Positions 28,872-42,085 of a DNA stretch of 64,000 nt are shown one piece after another. The DNA lies in assembly GCF_009914755.1 (NCBI RefSeq), contig NC_060926.1; one strand, given 5' to 3'. Origin of the DNA: the human T2T-CHM13v2.0 reference genome, Homo sapiens. Below the pieces are notes generated by a model. The model did not search any database. It saw only the letters and a program-made list of their open reading frames with translations, and was not told the origin of the DNA. The translations under genes were made by a program, and so were the position numbers. Numbering within the stretch: the stretch's first letter is position 1; the number at the start of each line of letters is the position of its first letter.

Positions 28872-29599
28872 TGCTCCCCTTCTCTTTTTTGTAAAGGAGA
28901 AGGTATCATTATTACTATCATTATTACTAGCTATCATTATTACTAGCATAAAATGTGGCCTCTTTTAACTGAGCAAGGCAATTGCAGGCTGTGCAGCCCT
29001 TAATTGCTGCTCAGTGCTCCAGCTTCATTTTTCTTAGCCCTTATTCAAAATGGAGTCGCTCTGGTTTGAATGTTTCGCACATATCTCCCCTTTCCCTTTT
29101 ACAAGAGGACCCTTAATCCTAGGAGTTGCAGAAGGATGAAGGTCCATTTTCTGTAACTTCTTCATGCTGAATAGGGGCGATGATATTCCTGCCTAACTAT
29201 TAGGGTCTCTTGTATTCAGGGTAGAGAGGAGCTCAGTCAGAAAGCATTGGTCCATTAAGCATTGTGACTCTGGTCGGTCCTCATTCCATCCTCGCATTCA
29301 GATTCAACTGGCTCATACAGGGGTAACCCCATCCATGGTTGGATCCATGGGTCCCTCCAGTCTCCCGTTCCATGGTCGTACACATCTTGAGGGCATCCAC
29401 GTGGTTCGTTCATCTCCTGCAAAAACACAAGCATACCCTTACCCCCACGTTAGTAAATCTACTGAAACAGAAGCAAAAATTTTTGTGGCTGTAGCCAAGA
29501 GGCCACTGATAATGAGAAACAGACCCCTTCTAACAGAAGGCACAGAGAAAGCAAATCAAGGCTTCTCAAACCTTCAATTCACACTGTACAGGTGGGTCC

Positions 29600-32165
29600 A
29601 CTAGATGCTGTGGCTCATGATAGATCTTCAGATGTTTGGTGGGCACCCACACAGGCACCTCATGGTCACCTGGAGAGACACAAGCAAATCCTCTTCCCCA
29701 TATAATTCTTTCCTCTTTCCCAGCTCTTAGTATGTGCATCCCTCCACCATATATCTTGTCCAGCCTTTTTATTTTCCTTTTGTCCTGTCAGGTGTTGTTT
29801 TGCTGCAGTTATGGGTTGATCTTTTTGTAAATTTAAAAAATGTAATGTTAATAAAGCTAGATGCAATTGCATATGCAGTGTTTTATGTTCCTGGTCTCCT
29901 GCCTTCTGCTTGTGTATTTGAGTTTTGAAAGTATGATTAGCTCTTTCCACTATTGCCTGTCCTTGTGGGTTATATGGATTACCCATAGTATGGGCAATAT
30001 TCCGTTGTTGAAAGAAGGTAGCCATGGCTTTACTACACTATCCTGGCCATTATCAGTTTTGATTTTTTTTCTGGGATTCCCAAAACACAAAAGCAAGATA
30101 AAAGATGTCTTTTAACATGAGCTGTAAGCCTCCCCTGTTTGACATGTGGCCCAGATAAAATGTGAATAGGTATCTACTGAAACATGAACAGAGGACAATT
30201 TTCCAAAAGCAAGAATATGTGTTACATCCATCTGCCGAGGGAATTTGGAGATAAACCTCTAGGGTTAACTCCTGTTCCTTGATGTGGCAAATGCAGGACT
30301 TGGCAGGCAGAACAGTGTTGCACAATTTCTTTAGCTTGTTTCCATGATAGATCATATCTTTTCCTAAGGCCTGCAGCTTTAAGATGGGTTAAAGAATGAA
30401 ATGTTTGTGCATCAGCAAAAGCTGCAGACACCAATGCATCCGCCCTTTGATTAAGTTTAGTTAAAGGGCCAAGGAGGTTAGTATGTGCTCTCATGTGAGT
30501 GATATAGAAAGGTGAATGCCTTTGTTGTACTGCTTGCTGTAAAGAATGAAATAAAAGATTAAGTTGTTCATCAGTCACATTTCGAATTAAGGCACATTTA
30601 ATATTTTGTGTGGCTTGCACTACATAGGCTGAATCGGAAACAATGTTTACTGGCTGTTTAAAAGTTAACACTGTTATCACAGCCATAAGTTCAGCCCTTT
30701 GAGCAGAAGCAAAGTCAGTTTGCAAAACTTGTTGAGGTCCTGCAAATGAGGCTTTTCCATTACTAGATCCATCAGTAAAAAGAGTAACGGCCCCTTTGGA
30801 TAGGGGCTTTTTGAGTAATAGAAGGCAAAATCCAGGATGTTAATTTTAGAAACTGAAATATCTTAGATTTAGGATAATGATTACCAAGAATGCTGACAAA
30901 AACTGCCAAATTAATTTACCATTCTTGGGAATTAACATAGGCTTGTTGAATTTGTTGTTTAGTTAATGGAACTATAATCTGATTTGGATCATATCCCATT
31001 AGCTTTGTTGTGCGCAGTCTTGCTTGTCCTACTAGCACAGCAATTTGGTCTAAGTACAGAGTGAACGTTTTAGTCGTATTGAGAGGTAGAAAAAGCCACT
31101 CAACCTGATCATCCTGTTGAACTATAACTCCTGTAGGCAAATGCTTAGTAGGAAAAACTAAAAACTGTAATGGCTGTATTGGATTAATTCATTCTACTTG
31201 TGCTTACTGAATTTTTTCTTCAATTAATTGAAGTTCCTCCAATGCTTCTTTGGACAGGGAGCGTTTACTGTTAAGGTTAGAATCACCTCGTAAAGTAGAA
31301 AAGAGGTGAGACATAGCATAGGTAGGAATGCCTAAAGTTGGATGAATCCAATTAATGTCTCCTAATAATTTTTGGAAATCATTTAAGGTTTCTAAATTAT
31401 CTCTTTGAATTTGAACCTTTTGAGGCTTAATAGCACTTTGTTCTACCTTCATTCCTAGATATTGAAAGGGGTAGAAGTTTGGATTTTATCGGGGGCTATA
31501 ATTAACCCTGTCATATCTACAGCCTTTTCTAACTGTTTGTAGCACAACATCAATTCTTCCCTAGTTTCAGCTGCACACAGAATATCATCCATGTAGTGGA
31601 TGATATAACATTTTTTAAACTGTTCTCTAACTTGCTTAATAGCTTTCCTGACATAAGTTTGGCAAATAGTCAGACTATTTAGCATGCCTTGGGGTAGTAC
31701 TTTCCAATGGTATCTATTTGCTGGTTCTTTATTATTTATGGCGGGAACAGTAAAAGCAAATTTTTCATAATCTTGGGCAGCTAAAGGAATGGTAAAAAAG
31801 CAATCCTTTAGATCTATCACTATGAGAGGCCAGTATTTTGGGATAATTGTTGGGGAGGGTAACCCTGGTTGTAGTGCACCCATGTGTTGAATTACAGCAT
31901 TAACAGCCCTTAAATCTGTTAACGTTCTCCATTTCCCTAATTTTTTCTTAATGACAAATACAGGAGAATTCCAAGGGGAGCAAGTAGGCTCTATATGACC
32001 CTTTTGCAATTGTTTCTGCACCAGCTCTTTTAAAGCATCCAGTTTTTCCTGTTTCAGTGGCCATTGCTCTACCCAAACCGGTTTGGCAGTTAGCGAAACA
32101 AGAGGAATGGGAGCCAGAGGCTCAACAATGGCTGCTTCTAAAAATGACACCCCAATCCGGTCCAA
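29600..32165 (-). pseudogene. ERVK pol remnant (RT, RNase H, integrase), multiple frameshifts
   Basis: LPQGMLNS and YMDD in ORF 31455-32165; FTDGS near 30766-30780; HHCC (HSLTH...CSAC) in 30222-30725; IVERAN core; C-terminal [12 protein letters not shown]...WVP at about 29620-29705. Confidence 0.93.
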
Positions 32166-32169
32166 TCTG

Positions 32170-33041
32170 TTTGTCCTATTAACTCTAAAGGTTCTGATTG
32201 GCCATTTTTATCTTTTCCTAGTCCTTTTCCTGGGTTATATCCCATATTTCTCATCATTTGTCTACTATTACTACTATATTGATCCATAGGAATAGATATT
32301 TCAGCATCCCATTGTGTTGCAATAAGTCTTTACCCCATAAATTAACAGGAATAGATGAAATGATAGGCTGAATTGTGCCTTCGTGACCATCCGACCCTTG
32401 ACATGGTAAAATCAAGGAACTTTGAAAAACTTCTGAGGCAGCTCCTACTCCAGCAATAAAAATGGATGCCTTTTGCTTAGGCCAATGCTCGGGCCATTGG
32501 TTTATAGCAATAATAGAGACATCAGCTCCAGTATCTACTAGTCCTTCAAAATCTTTTCCCTCAATAGTTACTGTGCAAATAGGTTTTTTGTCAGACACTT
32601 GATTAACCCAATATACAGCCGTTCCTGTTGGATTAGTACTACCAAAGCCTCCTGTTCTTTTCACTGTGCTTCTTCTAGTTTTATGTAAGGTAACAGCAAC
32701 AACTGAGCAATTCTTTCCCCTGGGGAGGCAGACCACGGAGTTGAGGAACTAATAACTTATTGAATTTCTCTGGTATAATCACAGTCAATTATTCATGTAT
32801 GTACAGTAACCCCTTTTAAATTTAGACTAGACCTTCCAAGTAATAGACTGACTGTTCCTGAGGGTAAGGGTCCCCTAACTCCCATGGGGACCTTTTTTGG
32901 TGGCTCCCCAGGAAGTAGGGAGACAGGAATTGTGCTGCAGAGGTTTACAACAGCACTGCCTGCTGAGGCAGGGGACAATTTTTGTACATTTGTAAGGGCA
33001 CTGGCTGTGCTGGGTATGCCTGAGTTTGTTGAGGGGCTCAA
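32170..33041 (-). pseudogene. ERVK pro remnant (dUTPase + aspartic protease), frameshifted
   Basis: dUTPase motifs AGSA, LLGRSS, RTGGFGST; protease LVDTGADVS and NLWGKDLL. Confidence 0.92.
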
Positions 33042-34582
33042 GGCAGCTCCCTCTTCCCATTTCCCAAAAGCAGTCCATCTTTGCTAAATGTAGAATGACA
33101 CTGACTTGCCCAGTGATGGCCTTTTTCACAATGGGGACATACACTGGGACTTTTCTGTTGATTGATGGTAGCTCTTGCCTTTTTATTTCCTTTTCTACGT
33201 TCCTTTTTTGTGTGTCCAAATTGCCCACAATTAAAGCAAGAGCCTGAGAAACGGGGCATATTCTTTTCTACTCTTAATCCAGCCATAGCCTGAGCTAAAA
33301 GAGTAGCCTTATGTAAGTTACCTCCAATGCCATCACAAGCCTTAATATATTCAGTTAAATGAGTCTTCCCTCTCAGGGGTCTAATAGCAGTTTGACACTC
33401 TGCATTAGCATCGTCATATGCAAGAAGCTGTATTACAGCATCTTGAGGTGTTTTATCAGTTACGGCTTTATACACAGCCTCTTGGAGCCGAGCAATAAAA
33501 TCAATATATGATTCTTTAGGTCCTTGTCGGACAGAACTGAAAGAAGGATATTTTTCCTCTGTAACATTTATCCTTTCTCATGCCCATAAGCACACAGAGC
33601 ACAGCTGAACAATGGCAACATCCTCCATTACTGCTTGATTTTCTAATCGACCCCAATCAGGTCTGACTCCCATTAACTGTTCAAAGGAAACAGGCACAGG
33701 TAGTTGTGCTTGTGTATTTTCCCTTACCTGAGTTTGAGCTTCGTCAGCCCACCAGGTTTTAAACTGCAAGTACTGAGGTGGAGTGAAAACAGATTTTGTT
33801 AAAGTATCCCAATCATATGGTATTAATCTATTATCAAGAGAAACTTTTCAATTAAGTTTGCACAAAAGGAGAATTTGGCCCATATTGACTAATGGCTTGA
33901 ATTCCTTTAACAGCTTAAAAGGAAAGGTGGTCCAATTAGCTATATTCTTTCCTCCCTGCTGGACTATAGTTACGGGAAATTGCCATGCTTCAAGGTCTCC
34001 CTCGGCTCTAGCCTTTTGAATAGAATTTTGTATAGCACCACCAATTGCTCCAGGTTTTAATGTTGCAACTACAGGAGCAGTAAGTTTTGTAGCTAATTCA
34101 TCTTCTGGCCCATTAAGGGGAGAGAAAGGAGGTGGCCTTTCACTTAATTCAGCAGTTGGAACCGACGGGCTAGTAAAACATACTTTTTTCAGTTTCCCTT
34201 TCTTTTCTTTAATTTTCTCCATTTTCTGTTCCTCACATTCAGAATCTGAAGTTAGATTTTTACACTCATCCTCCTCTTCTTCATCTGAATCTGCCTCATC
34301 ATCTCTTTGAAATGGCTCAAGAGCTGCTTTTATTAGCGCCCACATTGACCAAACTGAGACTGGAATTTTTGCTCCATCCTTATACGCGTTTTTAAAATCT
34401 CTGCCAATTCTCTCCCATTCATCCAACTCCATAGTCCCTCCTTCCGTGAACCATGGGCAAAACTGCTTTACTGCACTACAGAGTGTTAACAAATTCTGAA
34501 TACTAACTTTCACTCCCCCTCTTTGTAATAATTGCCTTAGGAAATTTAAATAAGCAGAATGTGTGCTTTCACTTTGTCCTGT
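33038..34582 (-). pseudogene. ERVK gag remnant (MA-CA-NC), disrupted
   Basis: ORFs 33848-34606 (GQSES...FCPWF matrix), 33578-33769 and 33038-33475 (zinc knuckles CFNCGQFGHTKKER, CPHCEKGHHWASQC). The expected start ATG reads ACA at 34580-34582. Confidence 0.92.
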
Positions 34583-34708
34583 TGTTACCCTGGTTCTTCC
34601 AAGCACTCAGCTTTCCCACCGAGCTTCTTTTAAATGTCCTCAGGTGTCCTTTGACGGCGCATCCTCCACTTTCACATGCTCTAGCGTTCCTTCACTGGGG
34701 TCTTTGTC

Positions 34709-34727
34709 GCCCCACGTTGGGCAGCCA
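34709..34727 (-). other. Primer binding site, tRNA-Lys(CTT)
   Basis: TGGCTGCCCAACGTGGGGC versus canonical TGGCGCCCAACGTGGGGC (1-nt insertion), 4 nt from the 5' LTR. Confidence 0.85.
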
Positions 34728-34731
34728 GGAA

Positions 34732-35126
34732 TGTTGGGGGCAGGTGGGGGCAACAAAGTCCAGCAGAGTCAAAGGATTGAGAAAAAGAGTTTGAGAGAGA
34801 AAGTGGGACCAGGGGGCCATTGCAATTGTGGAGGCTGCAAAGGCCTGAGCTCTGGGAGCCCATGCTATTTATTGGTAATCCAACAAAGAAACAGGTGGTG
34901 AGAATGTGGGGGTCAAAAGGGCAGGCTCATGATCTACAGCTGTGATGGTTTAGCATTTATATGGAACATGTTCTGCTACTTGAGATAATGGGAATACAAT
35001 CAATCTAGGAGCCTAGGAGGGCTAGAAGCAAGGAGCCAGCAAGTCTAGACACATTCCAGAGGACATTATGTCAGACATGCAAGCCCTGCCTCAGCTTTTT
35101 TCCCAACACTAAGCTTTTTCCCAATA
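34732..35126 (-). mobile_element. 5' LTR of nested provirus (395 bp)
   Basis: About 95% identical by hand count to 28457-28871; short deletions in U5; terminal TG mutated to TA. Confidence 0.9.
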
Positions 35127-35167
35127 CTATTTAAGATGGCGTTTCTCTGGTTCACATGCCTCTGACA
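35127..35167 (-). mobile_element. MER41A 5' LTR, displaced first 41 bp of U3
   Basis: ctatttaagatggcgtttctctggttcacatgcctctgaca matches 22617-22657. Provirus flanks GACT (22100-22103) / GACC (35168-35171) fit a degenerate 4-bp TSD. Confidence 0.88.
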
Positions 35168-36494
35168 GACCCCTCAAACCTGTCTGGTAATTCTTTTGAC
35201 TACCCACCTCCTTTCAAGTACATGCTGGGGTAGTGGGGATGGGGGGATAGCACCTAAGCTCTCATGGTTTCCCTTCTTCCCTAACCCGAGGATCCTTTAC
35301 TGATCATGGACACATTGACTCACATTTTTGTCCTAAATCTAAGTTATTTCTTTCCTGAGGTCTTTAAGTTACACATTCCCTTCCTGAAGCAATGGACCAA
35401 GAAAGCCAAACAGAAATTGACTGGGGAAAGGGGGCTGAATATTTGTGAGGAGAGAGTGAAAGAATAGAAGGTAATATGGGAAGGAAAAGCATTTGCTAGT
35501 ATTACAAAGTATCTTACCTCTAGAATCGGGATGTGCTAAAGCTTTGTATGAATTCACCCAGGCAATCTGACTCTGCCACATGGAAATGGAACAAAAAGAA
35601 CCTTCTCTATGCCCAGTTCTGACAACTTCTTTCTGGAAAAAGAAAATCTGCCTTCTAAAGGAAAAACAGCTGCTTTGTCCCCAGTGTACTTGTATGTACA
35701 CTTGAAGAGAAATGTAGTGTAACCAAGAGAGACAGGCTTCCGGGGCTGATGAGCCAGCTTAAGCCCTCAGGCCCCACTGTAGGTACTACTAATCCCTTCA
35801 TAAAACCAGCAGAGGGATTAGGGAGCTTGTATCCTTCACCTTATTTAGGGAAGATGGTACAACACAAATCAGAAACACTTAACACTTCCTCCTAGGAGAA
35901 CTATGAGGAAAGATGAATCAGGAGGGCCATGGATTATTTTCATCTGAAGTGCAGCCTCCAAGAGAGACAGAATCACACAGCACAATTCTAAGAAAGAACC
36001 AGCTAATACCACTGGGCGATTTGAGCAGAGGCAGATTCTTTCCTTCTCCTCTGACAGAGAGTGGCACTGCTTGTTGGGAGGTTGCCTTTCCCAAAAAATG
36101 AGGACAAGGAACTTTCTGAAATGCACCTACAGGGCCCTCTTGGAATCCAGTGACAGTTTGTTGAATGCTTGATCCACTCAGCACCTCTGAAGGGGAGGTT
36201 CCATCTGCATTGGACCTTATAGGAATGTCAAGAACTTTGACCTCTCCTCCAGAAGAAATGGATTCCAAATATAGTTTTCTTTCCTCATATTTGAGCCCTA
36301 TTGCAGATTTGGCCCCCTGAAAAGCCAAAGTTGAATACCCTGTGTGCAAGAGTACCCCGGGGACCAAGCATGTTGAAAGGAAGCGAAGAGAGCAAGACTG
36401 GGCAGTGGGAGAGGTCCAGCTGTTTGTTATAGGCCCAACAACAATCTTGGCCAAAACCCTTAGAATTTCCCTGAATTGGGCCAAGATGCTCAGA

Positions 36495-37047
36495 CCACCT
36501 GAGTTCCTGCCCAGTATCCAGGAGGAAGGAGGTCACATGAATGAATTGAAGATGGTAAATGAGGGGAATTTTACTGCTGTTGAAAGTGGCTCCCAGCAGG
36601 AAGGGGAGCTGAAAAGCAGATGGAGCAGGAAGGTAACCTTCCCCTGGAGTCCAGCTGTCCCCAGTTGGACTCCTCTCTGATGCTACACTATCAGCTGTCC
36701 CCAGCTGGACTCCTCTCTGATGCTACACTATCAGCTGTCCCCAGCTGGACTCCTCTCTGATGCTACGCCATCAAGCTGTCCCTCTGAAGTCAAGCTGCTT
36801 CTCTCTGATGTCCAACCGTAGTCTCCAACATTCAGCTGCTTATCCCCTCTACCAGCTGAGTTCTGGGGGTTTTACAGGCACAGGATCGGGTTCAGGGCAG
36901 GTGGTTTTAGAAAAGGCAACATTCAAGCAGTAAAACAGGGATGTATGGTCTCACTTTGGGCTGCAGTATTAGACTTTTCGGCTTGAGGGTGGGGCCCTTG
37001 CCGGGAACCTTTTCTGCCCAGAATGTCCCTGCCTCCTGTCTCTACCA
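36495..37047 (-). mobile_element. ERV1 LTR of the LTR1/LTR27/MER52 group
   Basis: Minus strand starts TGGTAGAGACAGGAGGCAGGGACATTCTGGGCAGAA...GGCCCCACCCTCAAGCC. Left boundary uncertain. Confidence 0.7.
36652..36771 (+). repeat. 40-bp tandem repeat x3
   Basis: Unit cagctgtccccagytggactcctctctgatgctacactat at 36652, 36692 and 36732. Confidence 0.93.
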
Positions 37048-38377
37048 CTCTCATACTGTCCAGCACTGGATCCAGCCATTCTTCCACCACTTCTCTGAAC
37101 TTCTGAAGACTTTTGCCCTATTTTCAGGGCAATGCTGTCTCAGAGGGATTAGATACATTAGGGCTTTTACCTAGTTTAATAGATAGCCTCTCCCAAATTA
37201 CATGTTTGCAATCTAACAGAGATTACCAATGTCTACACACAAGAAGTGATTCATGTTGAAATTTCTGGAAAGAACCAGAAAAAAGCAAGATTCCCTGAGA
37301 CCCTGAATGTAGCTGAAGACATTGTAACCCACTCCGTACCCACTCTGTAGTGGGAAGGGAACCATAAAAGAGACCCAAGAGTTGCTACTGAAAAGAGAGA
37401 AAGTAGGGCCCTGGGGCCTATGGAGAAGAAAGAAGAGAGTTCTTGGGAAGCTGGTTGTGGCCTGAGAAAGGACTCCAAGGTAGAAGAGAATAACCCCCCT
37501 TGTTCTTGAAGGACAAAGGATACCACAAAAATCAAACCCAAAGCTACCAGGTTATGGAAGCTCTGGCTCAGGCTCCACCATTCATCTTCTTCAGCATTTT
37601 CGTGGCTTAAGGCTGTAATAGTTGCCTTTTTCATTGGAGCTTTATATAGCTGTGAAATTAGTGAGAGTGCTGGGCTTTGCAGAGTGATGTCACTTAACAG
37701 CAATTGATGGGGTCTGTTTGGCCTTAAAAGGAAGCATGCCCTTTCAGTGCCATTCTGCAACATTGTCTAACAAGCCCACCAAAGAGTTATTCTATACAAA
37801 GATGAGCCTTTACTTGATTTGGCTTTACACTTAATACAAAAATTATGTGCTGCTTCATTATACATTTTATAGATAATTTCTACTTTGGGATTTAATATTG
37901 TCTTCCAAATTTTCCCCGAGGTTACTCCGTTACTTTTATAAAAGAAAGAATAATCAGTAGGTTTTTTTTAATAGATGAAGAGATGTGGTTAGGACCCAGA
38001 CTCTGTGAAGCTCTGTTGACTTATAGACTTTTATTCTGATAGAAATGCAAATTATTTCTATCCAGCAGAAAAGAAAACCCCAAAGATTATGGTTTTGTTG
38101 CACTGTAAGTACATTCCTCAGTTTTATATCTCACCTGGAAACCTGTGTGCCTCAGCTCCTCACTTGTAAACAGGGATAATAATAGTACCTACCTCATATA
38201 GTTGTTATGTGGATTAAATGAAATAATCTATGTCAAGCACGTAGAAGAGAGACTAAATCCTAGTAGATAATAGTAAATACTCAACAGATGTAGACCATTA
38301 TTTTCTTAGGCTCATTTAACTGAAAAACTAGTGCAAGCCTTCAGACATAGCTGGATCCAGTTACTTAAAGAAGTCAT

Positions 38378-38697
<320 letters not shown>

Positions 38698-40650
38698 TCA
38701 CTCCAGGCCTGCATCCTCACAGTTCCATCCAAATCCTTCAATAAGAGAATGTCTCTGTCTTGGATCCTCTAGCAAACACATCAGGACTAACGGATTGGAA
38801 AGACTTGTGTGTACTTGTAGGGCCAGATGCTAGTGGGTTGGGCAGCAGTGGGCAGCAGACATGCCAGGCAGATAGCTCCATATCCTTGAATCTGTGTCCT
38901 GCTACCACCACTTAAGACCCCAAAGCCTTACACTAACCCCTGTGTCCCAGATTATTTCATTTTCTCTATGATTTTAGGCAAAGACTTTCAAATGCATGCT
39001 AACACTGAGATGATATCCATCCTTTAAAAAAATTTCTCTGTGAACTTAAGAGAAACAAGATAAAATGGTAAGTAGAAAAGAAACAAGATGTACTTTGAAA
39101 AACAAATGAAAATAGCCTCACATGTTCACCCAGTGCTGATGAAAGTGATAAAGCTCACTAACATGTGGAAAAGAATACACATGGACTTCACCATCAACAG
39201 TTCGGAACTCAGATCTCTGCTTCAGCAGAGATCACAGCAGTGTCACCTTGGGAAGATCACCTAATTTCTCTGAGTCTTAGATTCCCCACTTGAATTTAAC
39301 AGGACACAAGGAGCAACTCATATGCTTGGCTTTGTTCCCCATATGCTGCAAACACCAAGGAGGTCAGCTGTTCAGGTCTACCTCCTCTATCCCCATTTGT
39401 GCCTCTTGATGCTTATGACAATCATAAGGAGGCAGGAAGTGACCTACCGGTCTATGCCACTCTGGCACAAAGAGTTAGAGGTGACAGAGATTAGGCCGTA
39501 GAAGCCTGCATTCTCAGGCAGCATTGCTGAGCAACACTTTCCTACTGAGCAGTACCACAGTAGCCCTAGAGTACTGGTTCAGCTATCACGTTGCACATCC
39601 ACCATCCTCCCTTGTTTCTGTGACCCACTCTGTTCTCACCAGACAATTGTGGCTCTGCCCCTACACATTCCTCTAAGAGAAGTCACACCCCGTGATGCTA
39701 GATGGGTCCACCCTGCAGCCGTTTTCAAAGGCTCCCAAGTGGTTTCCTGCCTCTGCCTCTCCTGTGACATAGCTAGCAACTTTTTTTGCCAAAGAAGAGG
39801 GAACCCACCTCCTGACACAAACACAGACATATGCAAACACCTTCACAGATTTAATTTTTAGGGGGCATTCCTCTTGTATAGCTTCCACTATATATAAAAT
39901 ATGGATCATAACGCCTACCTCACAGGGTTGTGATATAAAATAGAAAGAACAACACACAAAAAAAGTATATTGCACACTTCTTGGCTCAAGGAAGGTCCTT
40001 GGCAAATGTCAGTTCTCTTTCCCTCTGATCCAATTAACTTATTTTTACAGTGGTATTGGAGCTGACGTTTAAGTCATGCTTCCAGGTGAAATAGATGGCC
40101 AAAGTTTTGGATCTTCCTGAAAGTGAAATAAAACCAGACAGGCATTTAATGTGTCAGGCTATTGAATAGCATCACCTCATTTTAAAAAGATAGACCAAGA
40201 GAGAATGCAAACTGCTCCCTTCTAGAGGAAGCTGAGAATTCTTTGTCTTCCTGCAGCCTTAAGACAGTCCGAGGGATCTGTCCAGACCAACCACTGTCTC
40301 ACTCATGACAGGCAACAACCCCAGATTCACAGCTCTATTTTCTCCAACAACTGCTACTCAGGAGGTAGCCCCTTGGGGCAGACGTGGTTGTGACTTATCA
40401 GGGCCTAGCAGATGTGGCTCTAAATGACACTCTAGGTTTTTTGGTCAACTCGTTCTTATTGTTGAAGGCAATCATAGTTCTGAAGGAGCACAGATTGAGT
40501 GTAGGGGGCCTGGGAAGCCTTCCATGCCTCCTTGGCTTACTTTCCTGCCAGCAGGATTCAAGCCCTGAGGAGGAGACACTTAAAAATGCAGGTGTCAGAC
40601 AAGTGGGAGGTAAACACAAAGCAGTGAGGATAACATATTTTATGTTACGG

Positions 40651-40960
<310 letters not shown>

Positions 40961-41374
40961 AATAATTTGTATTTTTAAAAAACTCCCCACCTGACTCTTA
41001 TCCAGTCCCTGGCATTTGGCAACTCCCTGCTTTTGACCAGTAGCTCTCAGGATTTTATACTCAAAGCCTTGATATTCCTCCTTATGCTATTTACATATGT
41101 GCCAGCCAATATTGAGGATAACAGAATGCCATAAAGACAGACAGTGTTTCAAACTACCTACCAACTGTGAAACAATCAACCTAGAGATAGCACAGACTTG
41201 GAGATGGGTCTTAGAAATTTGCACAGTCATGGTGGGTTATGTGCTCTCTCTCTTTCCTCTTCTCTTTCCCCATGTTTCTCCCTACTCCCCCACCTCCCCG
41301 AGATATATAATCACCTAGAATAAGTATGAGGGCATGAGAAAGCACAGCAAAGTTTATGGATTTAATATAAAAAC

Positions 41375-42085
41375 CTTATTTTAAAATAATTATAGATTTA
41401 TAGGAAGTACCATAAACATTCAGGACATGGAGTATGCCTAATGGTGACATTTCCAGCTTCTCATTTGCCCTCCTCTGATATAACAGGCAGGAAGAGGGAA
41501 GGGTACCTCATTATTGTTGGGCGGGAAGTCCAGCATCTTCGTGTGTGACCTCCACTGACACCTTTGGGGGAGGGCTTTATTATTTCTGAGTAGGAATAAA
41601 AGTCCCAGCTCCCCACAAAGATATCACCCTACTATCCTGGTTTCTGGGGGTGCAGGGGACACCTGTTACAGCTGAACAATAATGGAAATCTAGGTTACCC
41701 ACTTGGTTTTTGTTGACAGAAATGGGGATGAGACTGTGTTTTTGCCCATGGTGTTTGGCTGGGGTAGGGTATAACTACTCTAAAAGATTTGTCTTGCTAA
41801 GCTGACCCTTTCCCCATCTTTTGGCTAGAGAGAGCTTGCTTTTCTATTCCTGTCAGCGTGTCTGGGTTGCTGACATCTGCATCTAGTCCAGGATATATGA
41901 GGCAGAAAGAAAATCCAGGAAACCCATCATCACATCATCCCTTAGGTCCCTAGATCCCTAGTCAATCTGCCATCTTCTCTCCACATTTCAGAGTCTCCTT
42001 ATACTTATTTTATAATGTACAGGAATTGTAGCTGTACTCAATTAGAAGAATAGGGTAAAGTGTGTCTATTTCATCTTGGTCTTAA
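41375..42085 (-). mobile_element. Old L1 3' region (L1MC4-like)
   Basis: ccatggtgtttggctgggg...ttggctagagagagc recalled from L1MC4-type sequence. Confidence 0.5.

Larger units (their letters stand above)
28457..35126 (-). mobile_element. Env-less betaretroviral provirus, HERV-K14/HML-1-like, nested in the MER41A LTR
   Basis: Two LTRs, Lys-tRNA PBS, gag-dUTPase-protease-RT-RNaseH-integrase remnants, PPT, 5-bp TSD CTGTT/CTATT. The ERVK class is secure; the HML-1 assignment rests on recalled LTR14 and gag sequence. Confidence 0.85.

Noticed and set aside
28890-29600. env gene of the nested provirus
   Set aside because: Only about 700 bp lie between pol and the 3' LTR, with no SU/TM motifs; the space is occupied by the mosaic described above.
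35918-36484. 188-aa minus-strand ORF
   Set aside because: Non-ATG start, no recognisable motif or splice structure; likely a chance ORF.
36652-36771. Repeat array as CRISPR-like
   Set aside because: Head-to-tail units with no unique spacers; eukaryotic LTR context.
37251-37763. 170-aa ORF with a hydrophobic stretch
   Set aside because: No family similarity recognised; composition reflects a purine-rich opposite strand.
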